From positions 36,688-100,687 of the forward strand of contig CAVSGX010000007.1 in NCBI GenBank assembly GCA_963727715.1: a stretch of DNA of 64,000 nucleotides, given 5' to 3'. The translations under genes and the position numbers were made by a program. Below the pieces are notes generated by a model. The model saw only the letters and a program-made list of their open reading frames with translations, was not told where the DNA came from and did not search any database. This stretch comes from an uncultured bacterium (GTDB taxonomy: Bacteria > Patescibacteriota > Minisyncoccia > Phycocordibacterales > DATDWN01). Position 1 is the first letter of the stretch; every line of letters begins with the position of its first letter. This document shows, piece by piece, positions 20,758-29,424 of the stretch.

Positions 20758-22512
20758 GTGAACATCGAATCTTTTCGCAAATTGTTTCAAAAAGAATGGC
20801 ATCTGCCATTTCACCACAAGATGACAAAAGTTGTCAGCTCTTTTTCCTTGACCGAAAAAATTATTTTTTATTTTTTTGTCGGCCTTTTTACGCTGTCCGC
20901 TTTGTTACTTCTTTGGCAAGTTAATAAATTTTTCCTAGTGCAAGTGCCGGATTATGGCGGAAGCTTCAGCGAGGGTGTGGTCGGCTCAGCCCGTTTTGTC
21001 AATCCGCTCCTTGCCGTTTCTGATCCGGATCGCGATTTGACTGAGCTGGTTTATTCTGGACTTTTACGAGCCACGGCGGATGGAGGGCTCACACCGGATT
21101 TGGCTGAAAGTTACAGCATTTCTCCGGACGGCTTAACTTACACATTTGTCATCAGAAAAAATGCCAAGTTCCAAGATGGCGCGCTCGTCACCGCCGATGA
21201 TGTTGTCTTTACCATCCAAAAAGCTCAAGACCCAACCCTGCAAAGCCCACGTAAAACAAACTGGGACGGCGTGACGGTCAAAAAGATTGGTGATCGAACG
21301 GTGCAATTTGTTTTAAAACAACCTTATTCCCCTTTCATTCAAAACGCCACTCTGGGAATTTTGCCGGAACATATTTGGAAATCGGCTTCCATTGATGAAT
21401 TTCCGTTCAGTGAGTGGAATATCAAAGCCGTCGGTTCCGGACCTTACAAAATAGATTCAGTTGTATACACTTCCGGTGGATTGCCATCAGAATATCACCT
21501 TTCCGCCTGGAGCGGTTTTGCTCTTGGTCGACCTTTCATTTCCAACATCATCATCAAGCTTTATCCTGATCAAAAAAGTTTGATTTCGGCTTACAATGAT
21601 GGTAGTATTGATAGTGTTCAAGGTTTGTCGGCTCAAGAACTGTCCGAATTAAAAATCTCCGATGGACAAAAGATTATTGCTCCTCTGCCGAGAGTTTTCG
21701 GAGTATTTTTTAACCAAAATCAAGCCCCCGTTCTGGTCAATCCGGAAGTCAGACAAGCTCTAGAGATGGCCACGGGCAAACAGATTATTGTTGATCAGGT
21801 GCTTGGCGGATATGGTCAAGTTGTAGATAGCCCCATCCCACCGAAAGAAATTTCAACAAAACCAAATGGCGGATTTGACCAGGTGGCAGCCGACGCCAAG
21901 GCTATTGCTCTTTTGACTTCTCACGGCTGGAAACAAAACACTGATGGAATTTTTCAAAAGAAAACCGGCAAAACAACCCAGACTTTAGCTTTCTCTATTT
22001 CCACATCAGACGCGCCTGATTTGAAAGCTGCGGCCAATCTTTTACAACAGCAATGGCAAAAAATCGGCGTAGCTGTGACAGTCAAGATATTTGAAATAAA
22101 CGATTTGAACCAAAATATCATCCGTCCTCGTAAATATGATGTATTGCTCTTCGGTGAAGTGGTCAGCGAAAATGCGGACTTGTATCCATTTTGGCATTCT
22201 TCAGAGCGACTCGACCCCGGACTCAATGTGGCAATGTATACTAACCTCAAAGTCGACAAAATATTGGAAAATTTGAGACAAACAATCAACCCGACCGATC
22301 AAGAAAATTTATATCAAAACTTCGAAACACAAATCGCTACCGACAGACCAGCCATTTTTCTTTACTCCCCTTATTTTATTTACATCACCCCGAAAAAAAT
22401 ACAAAACATAAAAACGGGAACACTCACCACTCCAGCCCAAAGATTTAGCGATGTCTACAGGTGGTATATTGAAACAAATGAAGTTTGGAAAATATTTACT
22501 AAAAACTATTAA
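20758..22512 (+). CDS. ABC transporter substrate-binding protein, family 5 (peptide/nickel, OppA/DppA-like)
   Basis: SBP_bac_5-type sequence (LAESYSISPDGLTYTFVIRKNAKFQDGALVTADDVVFT). N-terminal signal/TM. GTG start in the track; the true start may be the Met at ~20818. Confidence 0.8.
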   Translation: MNIESFRKLFQKEWHLPFHHKMTKVVSSFSLTEKIIFYFFVGLFTLSALLLLWQVNKFFLVQVPDYGGSFSEGVVGSARFVNPLLAVSDPDRDLTELVYSGLLRATADGGLTPDLAESYSISPDGLTYTFVIRKNAKFQDGALVTADDVVFTIQKAQDPTLQSPRKTNWDGVTVKKIGDRTVQFVLKQPYSPFIQNATLGILPEHIWKSASIDEFPFSEWNIKAVGSGPYKIDSVVYTSGGLPSEYHLSAWSGFALGRPFISNIIIKLYPDQKSLISAYNDGSIDSVQGLSAQELSELKISDGQKIIAPLPRVFGVFFNQNQAPVLVNPEVRQALEMATGKQIIVDQVLGGYGQVVDSPIPPKEISTKPNGGFDQVAADAKAIALLTSHGWKQNTDGIFQKKTGKTTQTLAFSISTSDAPDLKAAANLLQQQWQKIGVAVTVKIFEINDLNQNIIRPRKYDVLLFGEVVSENADLYPFWHSSERLDPGLNVAMYTNLKVDKILENLRQTINPTDQENLYQNFETQIATDRPAIFLYSPYFIYITPKKIQNIKTGTLTTPAQRFSDVYRWYIETNEVWKIFTKNY

Positions 22513-22516
22513 AAAC

Positions 22517-22657
22517 AATTAATCTAATTTCTAATTATTCTAATTAATCTAAATAATAACTAAACCCCAATGACCAATAAGTTTCTATTATCATTTTGGG
22601 AATTTAGACATTGGGATTTATTTAGAGATTAAAATAATTAGGTCAATTAGAAATTTT
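22517..22657. repeat. AT-rich palindromic intergenic repeat, family 1 copy D (upstream of rnj)
   Basis: Begins aattaatctaatttctaattattctaatt like copy C. Contains ccccaatgaccaa...cattgggatttatttagagattaaaataattaggtcaattagaaatt. Confidence 0.75.
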
Positions 22658-22660
22658 ATT

Positions 22661-24460
22661 ATGAATCCATTACAAACCAGAACCCCTTCAACAACCAGAA
22701 GTCATCGTGTGGTTAGGCACCGTTACAGACCAGAAATGGCTGCCATCAGAGCGGCCAAAAAAGACGATATTATTCCGGAATCCGGTGATAATATCCGCAT
22801 AGTCACACTTGGCGGTGTGGAAGAAATCGGTAAAAATATGACGGTTGTGGAATACAAAAATGACATTATCGTCATTGACTCCGGTTTTCAATTCAAAGAT
22901 GACGAAACACCTGGAGTAGATTACATTTTGCCGAATATAAAATATCTGGAAGACAAAAAAAACAAGATCCGAGGAGTAATAATCACTCACGGACATTTGG
23001 ACCACATTGGGGCTATCCCCTACATTATGGATCGCATCGGCAATCCGCCGATTTACACTCGCACTCTGACCGCCATTATGATAAAAAAACGGCAAGAGGA
23101 GTTTAAACATCTTCCAAATCTGGACATTCGGGCAGTTGAAAAGGAAGACACCATTAGACTTGGTTCTATGAGAGTGAAATTTTTCAATGTCACTCATACC
23201 ATTCCTGACGCCATGGGAATTATCATTGAAACACCTTACGGTGTCATTGTTACTCCGGGAGATATAAAACTTGATCATGATGACGGTGTGCCGACCGCGG
23301 CCGAGGAAAAAGAATACGCTCGTTTTGCCAAAGAAAAAGTTTTGCTTCTTATGATGGATTCGACCAATGTCGACAACCCGGGTTTTTCCACACCGGAAAA
23401 ATTAGTGCATAAAAATCTGGAAGAGATTATCAAGAACACCAAAACCAGAATGATAATCGGCACTTTTGCCTCCCAGCTTGAGCGTATCATGAAAATAATT
23501 ATGATTGCCGAAAAATACGGCAAGAAAGTGGTCATTGAGGGACGCAGTATGAAAAATAATATTGACATCGCCATAGCCATCGGAATGCTGAAAATTAAAA
23601 AAGAAACTATTATTTCCGGCGAACAGATGGAAAATTATCCGCCCGATCGCATTGTCGTCCTGGCCACCGGCGCTCAAGGCGATGAATTCGCCGCCCTGAT
23701 GCGAATGTCCAACAAAACACACAAATATTTTCGTATCACTCCGCGCGACACTGTTGTTCTTTCCAGCTCCATCATCCCCGGCAACGAAAAAGCGGTTCAA
23801 AAATTGAAAGACAATCTGGCCAGACAAGGCGCCAAAATAATTCACTACCGCACATCGGATGTTTACATTCACTCCACCGGCCACGGCAATCGTGGCGAGC
23901 TGGAATGGTTGCACAAAAAAATTCGTCCGAAATTTTTCATACCGATACACGGTTCGCACTATATGTTGCGAGTCCATGAAGACTTGGCCAAATCTCTCGG
24001 CATGCCGACAGAAAATATTATCGTGCCGGACAACGGGGCCATTATGGAAATTCAAAACCATGGACAAAAATTTGTCAGATTGAAAGAGTCGGCTCCTAGC
24101 GGAATGATGATGGTGGACGGTTTTGCCATCGGCGATGTTTCGGAGTTGGTTATTCGCGACCGCAAAATGCTGGCCCAAGACGGAATGTTTGTCATCATCG
24201 CTTCGGTCAACACCAAGACAGGCAAACTGAAAAAATCGCCGGATATTATTTCGCGCGGTTTTGTTTATTTGCGCGAGTCGCAAGATCTTTTGGCTCAGGC
24301 CAGATTGATTATCAAAAAAACCGTGGAAGAAACGACCAGTGGAATGAACCCAATCAATTTTGATTTCGTCAAAAATTCCGTCTCTGAACAGCTTAGTCGA
24401 TTCCTTTTCCAAAAGACCGCCAAACGCCCGATCGTCATTCCTGTCATTTTGGGAGTTTAG
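22661..24460 (+). CDS. rnj: Ribonuclease J
   Basis: MBL domain HxHxDH (ITHGHLDHIGA). Beta-CASP and C-terminal domain. 599 aa. Confidence 0.9.
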   Translation: MNPLQTRTPSTTRSHRVVRHRYRPEMAAIRAAKKDDIIPESGDNIRIVTLGGVEEIGKNMTVVEYKNDIIVIDSGFQFKDDETPGVDYILPNIKYLEDKKNKIRGVIITHGHLDHIGAIPYIMDRIGNPPIYTRTLTAIMIKKRQEEFKHLPNLDIRAVEKEDTIRLGSMRVKFFNVTHTIPDAMGIIIETPYGVIVTPGDIKLDHDDGVPTAAEEKEYARFAKEKVLLLMMDSTNVDNPGFSTPEKLVHKNLEEIIKNTKTRMIIGTFASQLERIMKIIMIAEKYGKKVVIEGRSMKNNIDIAIAIGMLKIKKETIISGEQMENYPPDRIVVLATGAQGDEFAALMRMSNKTHKYFRITPRDTVVLSSSIIPGNEKAVQKLKDNLARQGAKIIHYRTSDVYIHSTGHGNRGELEWLHKKIRPKFFIPIHGSHYMLRVHEDLAKSLGMPTENIIVPDNGAIMEIQNHGQKFVRLKESAPSGMMMVDGFAIGDVSELVIRDRKMLAQDGMFVIIASVNTKTGKLKKSPDIISRGFVYLRESQDLLAQARLIIKKTVEETTSGMNPINFDFVKNSVSEQLSRFLFQKTAKRPIVIPVILGV

Positions 24461-24520
24461 TTTTACAAAAAATAACAAAATAACGGCTCTGTTGAGCTGT
24501 TATTTTTTGTTACCAAAAAC

Positions 24521-24549
24521 TTGACAAAAAATTACAAAGGTGATATACT
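24521..24549 (+). promoter_or_regulatory. Sigma-70-type promoter TTGACA-N17-TATACT, paralogous to the one at 19640; now separated from its ORF by the IS30 insertion
   Basis: cttgacaaaaaattacaaaggtgatatact. Points into the IS30 left end. Confidence 0.5.
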
Positions 24550-24573
24550 TCTAGGCAGATTACCGACCTCCAA

Positions 24574-25530
24574 TTACCCCTCAAGTAGGACAGAACTAAT
24601 GTTTGAATAATAACTCATTGGCGCGCGGAAGCCAATCACTTCTCTCGGTCGGTTGTTTAGGAAGGAATGTATTTCTTGCAATTCTTCCTCAGTGACTGAC
24701 TCAATATCTCTTCGTTTAGGCACAAAACATCTGATCCATCTGTTGGTGTTTTCCACCAGACCTTTTTCCCAAGAATGGTATGGATGTGTAAAATAGATTG
24801 GCACTTGCAGGAGAGTTTCCAACTCTTTCCAACAGGTGAATGCAATATCGTTGTCTGTGGTGATGCTCTTCAATTCAACACCATGGAACAGACGGGAAAG
24901 CGCGGCACGAATAGTGTCGCGTTTTCTGTTGGGCAGTTTCCTGACCCATGTTCTTTTGGCTTGCCAATCCACAGCAACCAAAAGTACCCACGAACTGTCT
25001 TTGGAAACGATGAAATCGAGCTCAATGTGTCCTAGACCTTTTCTCTCCGGTCTGACATCAATATACTTCCTGCCATCCTGAATGTGCTTCCAATGATTTC
25101 GTTTTCTCCCACCCTTGTGATTGTTCCAACCCCAAAAAAGCAGGTGGTTTAGACCTCTCGACTCGGCAAATTTGTATATGGCTTTGGCCGAGCAGATGAT
25201 ACCCATTTCACATTCAAGATACCCGCTAATCTGCTTCGGCGACCAATGATACGGCTTGGTTAATCGTTCCACCACGAATCGACAGAGAAACGGGTCAAGC
25301 GCCACTTTCAGACACTGCTGTTTGGCTCGCCATCTTTTCATTGAAACTTTCTGCTTGGCTTTTTCCGCTTCATACACCCCATTAACACTGTGTTTTTGTA
25401 TTTCTCTGCTCACAGTGTTGACACTCCGACCGAGAAATTCGGCAATTTTGCGAATGGCCGAACCGGCGCAATACATCTTTTCAATACAAAACCTCTCTTC
25501 AAAAGACAAATGATGATATTTGTTTTTCAT
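24574..25530 (-). CDS. IS30 family transposase
   Basis: N-terminal HTH. DDE region with TDNDIAF and YFTHPYHSWEKGLVENTNRWIR (IS30 signature). The C-terminus is encoded through the IR. Confidence 0.85.
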   Translation of the reverse strand: MKNKYHHLSFEERFCIEKMYCAGSAIRKIAEFLGRSVNTVSREIQKHSVNGVYEAEKAKQKVSMKRWRAKQQCLKVALDPFLCRFVVERLTKPYHWSPKQISGYLECEMGIICSAKAIYKFAESRGLNHLLFWGWNNHKGGRKRNHWKHIQDGRKYIDVRPERKGLGHIELDFIVSKDSSWVLLVAVDWQAKRTWVRKLPNRKRDTIRAALSRLFHGVELKSITTDNDIAFTCWKELETLLQVPIYFTHPYHSWEKGLVENTNRWIRCFVPKRRDIESVTEEELQEIHSFLNNRPREVIGFRAPMSYYSNISSVLLEG

Positions 25531-25594
25531 ATGACAATTAAAATTAATTTTCGACTAATGCATTAATTCTAACTGTCCTACTTCAAAGGTGGCT
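24574..25594 (-). mobile_element. IS30-family insertion sequence (~1.0 kb)
   Basis: Single IS30 transposase gene. Imperfect terminal inverted repeats share the core aagtaggacag (24583-24593 and 25573-25583 as the reverse complement). Confidence 0.75.
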
Positions 25595-25665
25595 AGGGGC
25601 GATTTGCAGATTCCTCGGATAGGGACAGGCAAATTTGGTAGTACTTTGATTGATGGAGAAATGAG

Positions 25666-25986
25666 ATGTTGAATTTGGATGGTGTTCGTCCAGCCGCCAA
25701 GGCGGCTTTCGAGAAGTTTCTCACTGAGAAAGTGGTGTGGATTTCCACCAAATGCTGGGGGATAAACCTGAAATCAACCATCGATGAACTGAATGAAATC
25801 ATCGGTGCTGGCATGAAGCTGGGTGTCGCAGAAAACTGTCGGCGACTCACGGAACAGGAATTGGCCGAGGTTTTCGAGACCGTGCACCCGCTGAAGACTC
25901 TCAAGATGGAAGCGGAGATTCAGAGAGTCCTTCGATCGGTTCTCATCGAAGTTGGTGTGAACCCCGAGCTCTTCACCAGCAAGTAG
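25666..25986 (+). CDS. Hypothetical protein (106 aa), GC-rich orphan gene
   Basis: ~52% GC ORF with its own GC hairpin terminator. The leader sequence is related to that of the 19741 gene. Confidence 0.45.
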   Translation: MLNLDGVRPAAKAAFEKFLTEKVVWISTKCWGINLKSTIDELNEIIGAGMKLGVAENCRRLTEQELAEVFETVHPLKTLKMEAEIQRVLRSVLIEVGVNPELFTSK

Positions 25987-26003
25987 TTTCCGGCCTACCA
26001 TCA

Positions 26004-26033
26004 AGCCCGACCTCGAGAGGGGTCGGGCTTTTA
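26004..26033 (+). terminator. GC-rich hairpin terminator
   Basis: agcccgacctcgagaggggtcgggct followed by ttt. Confidence 0.7.
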
Positions 26034-26244
26034 CGTGGAAAATATTGCTAAACAAATTTCGTCGAGCCAATACTTTTCCGGCACATCGCGCAGGAGGTTA
26101 GAAAACAACGACGCGGGCCTGAGTATACAGGCCGAGGAAGATTGTTTTCTTGACCGACGAGCGGGAAGAAAATTTTCAGTAGAAAATTATTCTGGTGGCG
26201 GAAAAGTGTTGGCTCGTAAGAAATTTGTGTTGTATAATATCCCC

Positions 26245-27423
26245 ATGAACGGACTTATCTTGCCTTTCAAACAAAACAAAACCTTGAGGATGATTTTTTT
26301 GTCAAATATTTTGCTTTCTTTTCATTACTATCTCATTGTCTACATCAACTCCACATTTCTCTCCCAATATTTTTCCGAAACTCAAATCAGCACCCTTTAT
26401 GTTATCGGTTCAATTTTGAATATTTTTCTTTTCCTTAACGCAGCCAAGATTTTAAACAAAATCTCCAATTATAAAACCATCCTTTATGCCATCGCTTTTG
26501 AAATGCTGGCTGCTTTGGGTCTCTGCCTGGCCAACAATTCATTTTTGGTTGGACTTTATTTTGTCATTCATACGGTTATCGTCAATTTTATCGCTTTCAA
26601 TCTGGATGTTTTTTTGGAAGGCACAACAACGGATGAATCTCAAACCGGCGAAATCCGTAGTATGTACCTGACCATCGGCAACATCACTTGTGTTATCGCC
26701 CCGTCAATCGTGGCCGTATTCTTGGTTAAAAATATCTATTGGCATATCTATTTTCTGTCATTCTTGTTTCTGATCCCATTGTTTTATTTTGCTCGAAAAT
26801 ATTTGAAAAACACAAACGAAAAGCAGATAGAGCATATTAAAATACGCGAAACAATTAAAAAATATTTGGCTGAAAAAAATCTTTATAATATTTTCAGTGT
26901 TCAATTCTTGTTGCAAATTTTTTACACGTATATGATTATTTACACTCCTCTTTATTTGGAGAAATACATAGGCTTTTCTTGGACAGAAATCGGCATTATG
27001 TTTTCCATTATGCTTTTGCCTTTTATCATATTTGAGATACCCGTAGGCGAACTGGCAGACAAGAAATATGGCGAGAAAGAATTTATGTCCATTGGACTTT
27101 TGATTATGGGCATGGCTACATTGTTTATCAGTTTTGTCACCATGAGAAATTTCTGGGTTTGGACGATTATTCTTTTCATCACTCGCATTGGAGCGTCTTT
27201 TGTGGAAGTAACATCGGACAGTTATTTTTTCAAAAAAGTGGATCAAAACAAAGCTGATGTTATCAGCTTCTATCGTTTAACCCGCCCTCTGGCCGGAGTG
27301 GTTGCCCCTCTTATTGCCGCTTTATGTTTGCAGTTTATTCCCTTTGAATACACTTTTATCGTTATCGGCGCGATTTTGATTGTCGGGACGCGGTATAGCT
27401 TAGCGCTGGAAGATACGAGATAA
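26245..27423 (+). CDS. MFS-type transporter (12 TM)
   Basis: Hydropathy and size. TATAAT at 26234-26239 lies 6 nt before the ATG. The track ORF begins at 26035 but the N-terminal 70 aa are non-membrane and probably untranslated. Confidence 0.6.
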   Translation: MNGLILPFKQNKTLRMIFLSNILLSFHYYLIVYINSTFLSQYFSETQISTLYVIGSILNIFLFLNAAKILNKISNYKTILYAIAFEMLAALGLCLANNSFLVGLYFVIHTVIVNFIAFNLDVFLEGTTTDESQTGEIRSMYLTIGNITCVIAPSIVAVFLVKNIYWHIYFLSFLFLIPLFYFARKYLKNTNEKQIEHIKIRETIKKYLAEKNLYNIFSVQFLLQIFYTYMIIYTPLYLEKYIGFSWTEIGIMFSIMLLPFIIFEIPVGELADKKYGEKEFMSIGLLIMGMATLFISFVTMRNFWVWTIILFITRIGASFVEVTSDSYFFKKVDQNKADVISFYRLTRPLAGVVAPLIAALCLQFIPFEYTFIVIGAILIVGTRYSLALEDTR

Positions 27424-27456
27424 GAAACAAAATTTCGTCAGACAAAATTTCGTCTT

Positions 27457-29391
27457 TTACAACAAACCTTTCAAAATATCATCCAGTTTTGCGGCAGCTA
27501 CATCTATGACCATATCACCGGCGCCGTAATACATATAGATTGTTCCGTTTTTAACCGTCGCTCCGCAAGGAAAAACGACATTGCTGATTTGACCTTTCAG
27601 TTCGTATGATTCCATTGGCGAAAAAATATAATCAGCTACACGAGACAGAACAATCGTCGGGTCTTTCAGACTAAGTAAAGCCGAGCCGATGCGATAAACA
27701 GAATCGTCGGATACTCCATGATAAAGAAGAACCCATCCTTTTTCTGTTTTGATCGGCGGAGCTGAAATACCGACTTTCAAACTGTCCCACATCCCCGGCC
27801 TTGGCAACAAAATCGGAACATTTTTAAAATTGTTTCTTTCTTTGAATTGTGGAGTAGCCCCAAAGTCACCACAAATATAATTGTTCACTCGGTGAAAAAG
27901 AAAATATTTGCCATAGACTTTTTCCGGGTGAAGACAACCATCTTTGTCATCTACTCCATCAGCTGTGACCAAAACCGATCGTGACCAATTCCATTTACGC
28001 TTTTTGAAATCCTCCTCGGAAATATGCGTCTCAGCCACGGCCGGAGGAGTAACTCCGTTGTAAGCGGTATAATACATATATATGGTATTGCCAATTTTGG
28101 TTAGGCGAGGATCTTCGCAACCGGAATTGCCACCCAGTATACCTTTTCTCTCAAACGATTCGCGAGGAGAATAGATCGGCTTATCGGAAATGTAACTAAT
28201 ATCTTCACCAGTCTGGCTTTCCGCATAACCTATGACAGAAGTATTATCACTGGACATGGCCCGATATAAAATACAAATTTTATTGTCAATCAGAATTGAG
28301 GCTGGATTGAAAATGGCTTTGGCTTCCCAATCAACCCCGGGACGAGATGTTAAAAGGGGGCCTTTGGTCAGTCGTTTGAATCCGATTTCCACTCGTGGCA
28401 ATTTCATACTAACGAGAAGAGCTGGCAGGTTGATTTCAGCCACGGCGCAAGTGGTATCGGTGGCGCCGTAATAAATCAACAATTTATTTTTTTTGACAAT
28501 AGCCCCACTTGGGAAAATGGTGTTCTGGGCTTGGCCGTATCTTTCATACAATTCCTGTGGAGTCATAAGTGGTCCGCGAGTTCGGCCGATTATTCTACTA
28601 GGATTTTTTAAATCAAGCAAAATGGCTCTGACGCCAAAAATTTTGTCCCCACTAAAATAATTTTTTATATGGGAATAAACAAAAAGCCAACCATTTTTGG
28701 TTTCTATCGGTACGCCACCGACTTCCACTTGCTCTGAGTCAGCTTTTGGAATATTTAAAACGTGTTTAGGTAATTCGCTATACCACTTTTGCCAAAAACT
28801 TTCGTTCCAAATATCTTCTAATTTACTAAACTCAGCTAAGGCGATGCAAGACGGCGGTTGGTCAGTGTTGACGGAAAGCAAAGCCACATATTTCCCGCCG
28901 ATTTTTTTAGGGAAAAGAACCATGGCTTTGGAATTGAATGGGGTGACCAAGTGTTTTTCAGAAATAGTTTTCAGATCTTTGCTGATAGCCAAACCAACTT
29001 TAATACCAGACCCGGAAAAAGGAAATGTGGATAATGCCGTGTAGAAAATAAAGTAGCGATCGTCTATTTTTGTCACGCGTGGATCTTCCAAACCAAAACG
29101 CTCCCAAACTTCCGTCGGTTCAATGAATTGTTTCCTTTTTTTGAAATTAATTCCGTCCAAGGAAACCGTCTGACCGATGGTGGAAAGCGAAAATTGATTG
29201 TTTTCAAATCTTTCCGGCATGGATTGGGCTCGGTAAAGCAGGTGGATTTTTTTACCAATCATCACGGGATTGCCGTTGAAAGTGGCAAAGCTTTCAAAAG
29301 CATTGCCAGACTCTGGCGTCAGTATTGGGTTTTGTTTTGATCTTTTGACAACAAACATAAAAACGTTGATTTTGAAAACTTCTTTTTCCAC
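27457..29391 (-). CDS. Tandem GH130-family (DUF377 beta-propeller) glycoside phosphorylase/hydrolase-like protein
   Basis: Two repeated ~300-aa modules with GH130-like blocks (FNPxx...YRA...DPR..KI...Y..YTA). Confidence 0.6.
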   Translation of the reverse strand: MEKEVFKINVFMFVVKRSKQNPILTPESGNAFESFATFNGNPVMIGKKIHLLYRAQSMPERFENNQFSLSTIGQTVSLDGINFKKRKQFIEPTEVWERFGLEDPRVTKIDDRYFIFYTALSTFPFSGSGIKVGLAISKDLKTISEKHLVTPFNSKAMVLFPKKIGGKYVALLSVNTDQPPSCIALAEFSKLEDIWNESFWQKWYSELPKHVLNIPKADSEQVEVGGVPIETKNGWLFVYSHIKNYFSGDKIFGVRAILLDLKNPSRIIGRTRGPLMTPQELYERYGQAQNTIFPSGAIVKKNKLLIYYGATDTTCAVAEINLPALLVSMKLPRVEIGFKRLTKGPLLTSRPGVDWEAKAIFNPASILIDNKICILYRAMSSDNTSVIGYAESQTGEDISYISDKPIYSPRESFERKGILGGNSGCEDPRLTKIGNTIYMYYTAYNGVTPPAVAETHISEEDFKKRKWNWSRSVLVTADGVDDKDGCLHPEKVYGKYFLFHRVNNYICGDFGATPQFKERNNFKNVPILLPRPGMWDSLKVGISAPPIKTEKGWVLLYHGVSDDSVYRIGSALLSLKDPTIVLSRVADYIFSPMESYELKGQISNVVFPCGATVKNGTIYMYYGAGDMVIDVAAAKLDDILKGLL

Positions 29392-29424
29392 AAAATTTTA
29401 TGCCAACGAAGTTTTCAAAAATTG

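Noticed and set aside
23402-24478. 358-aa minus-strand ORF (and 22688-23278, 196 aa) inside rnj
   Set aside because: Entirely antisense to the strongly conserved RNase J gene. No domains. Low-complexity, stop-poor antisense frames are typical of AT-rich coding regions.
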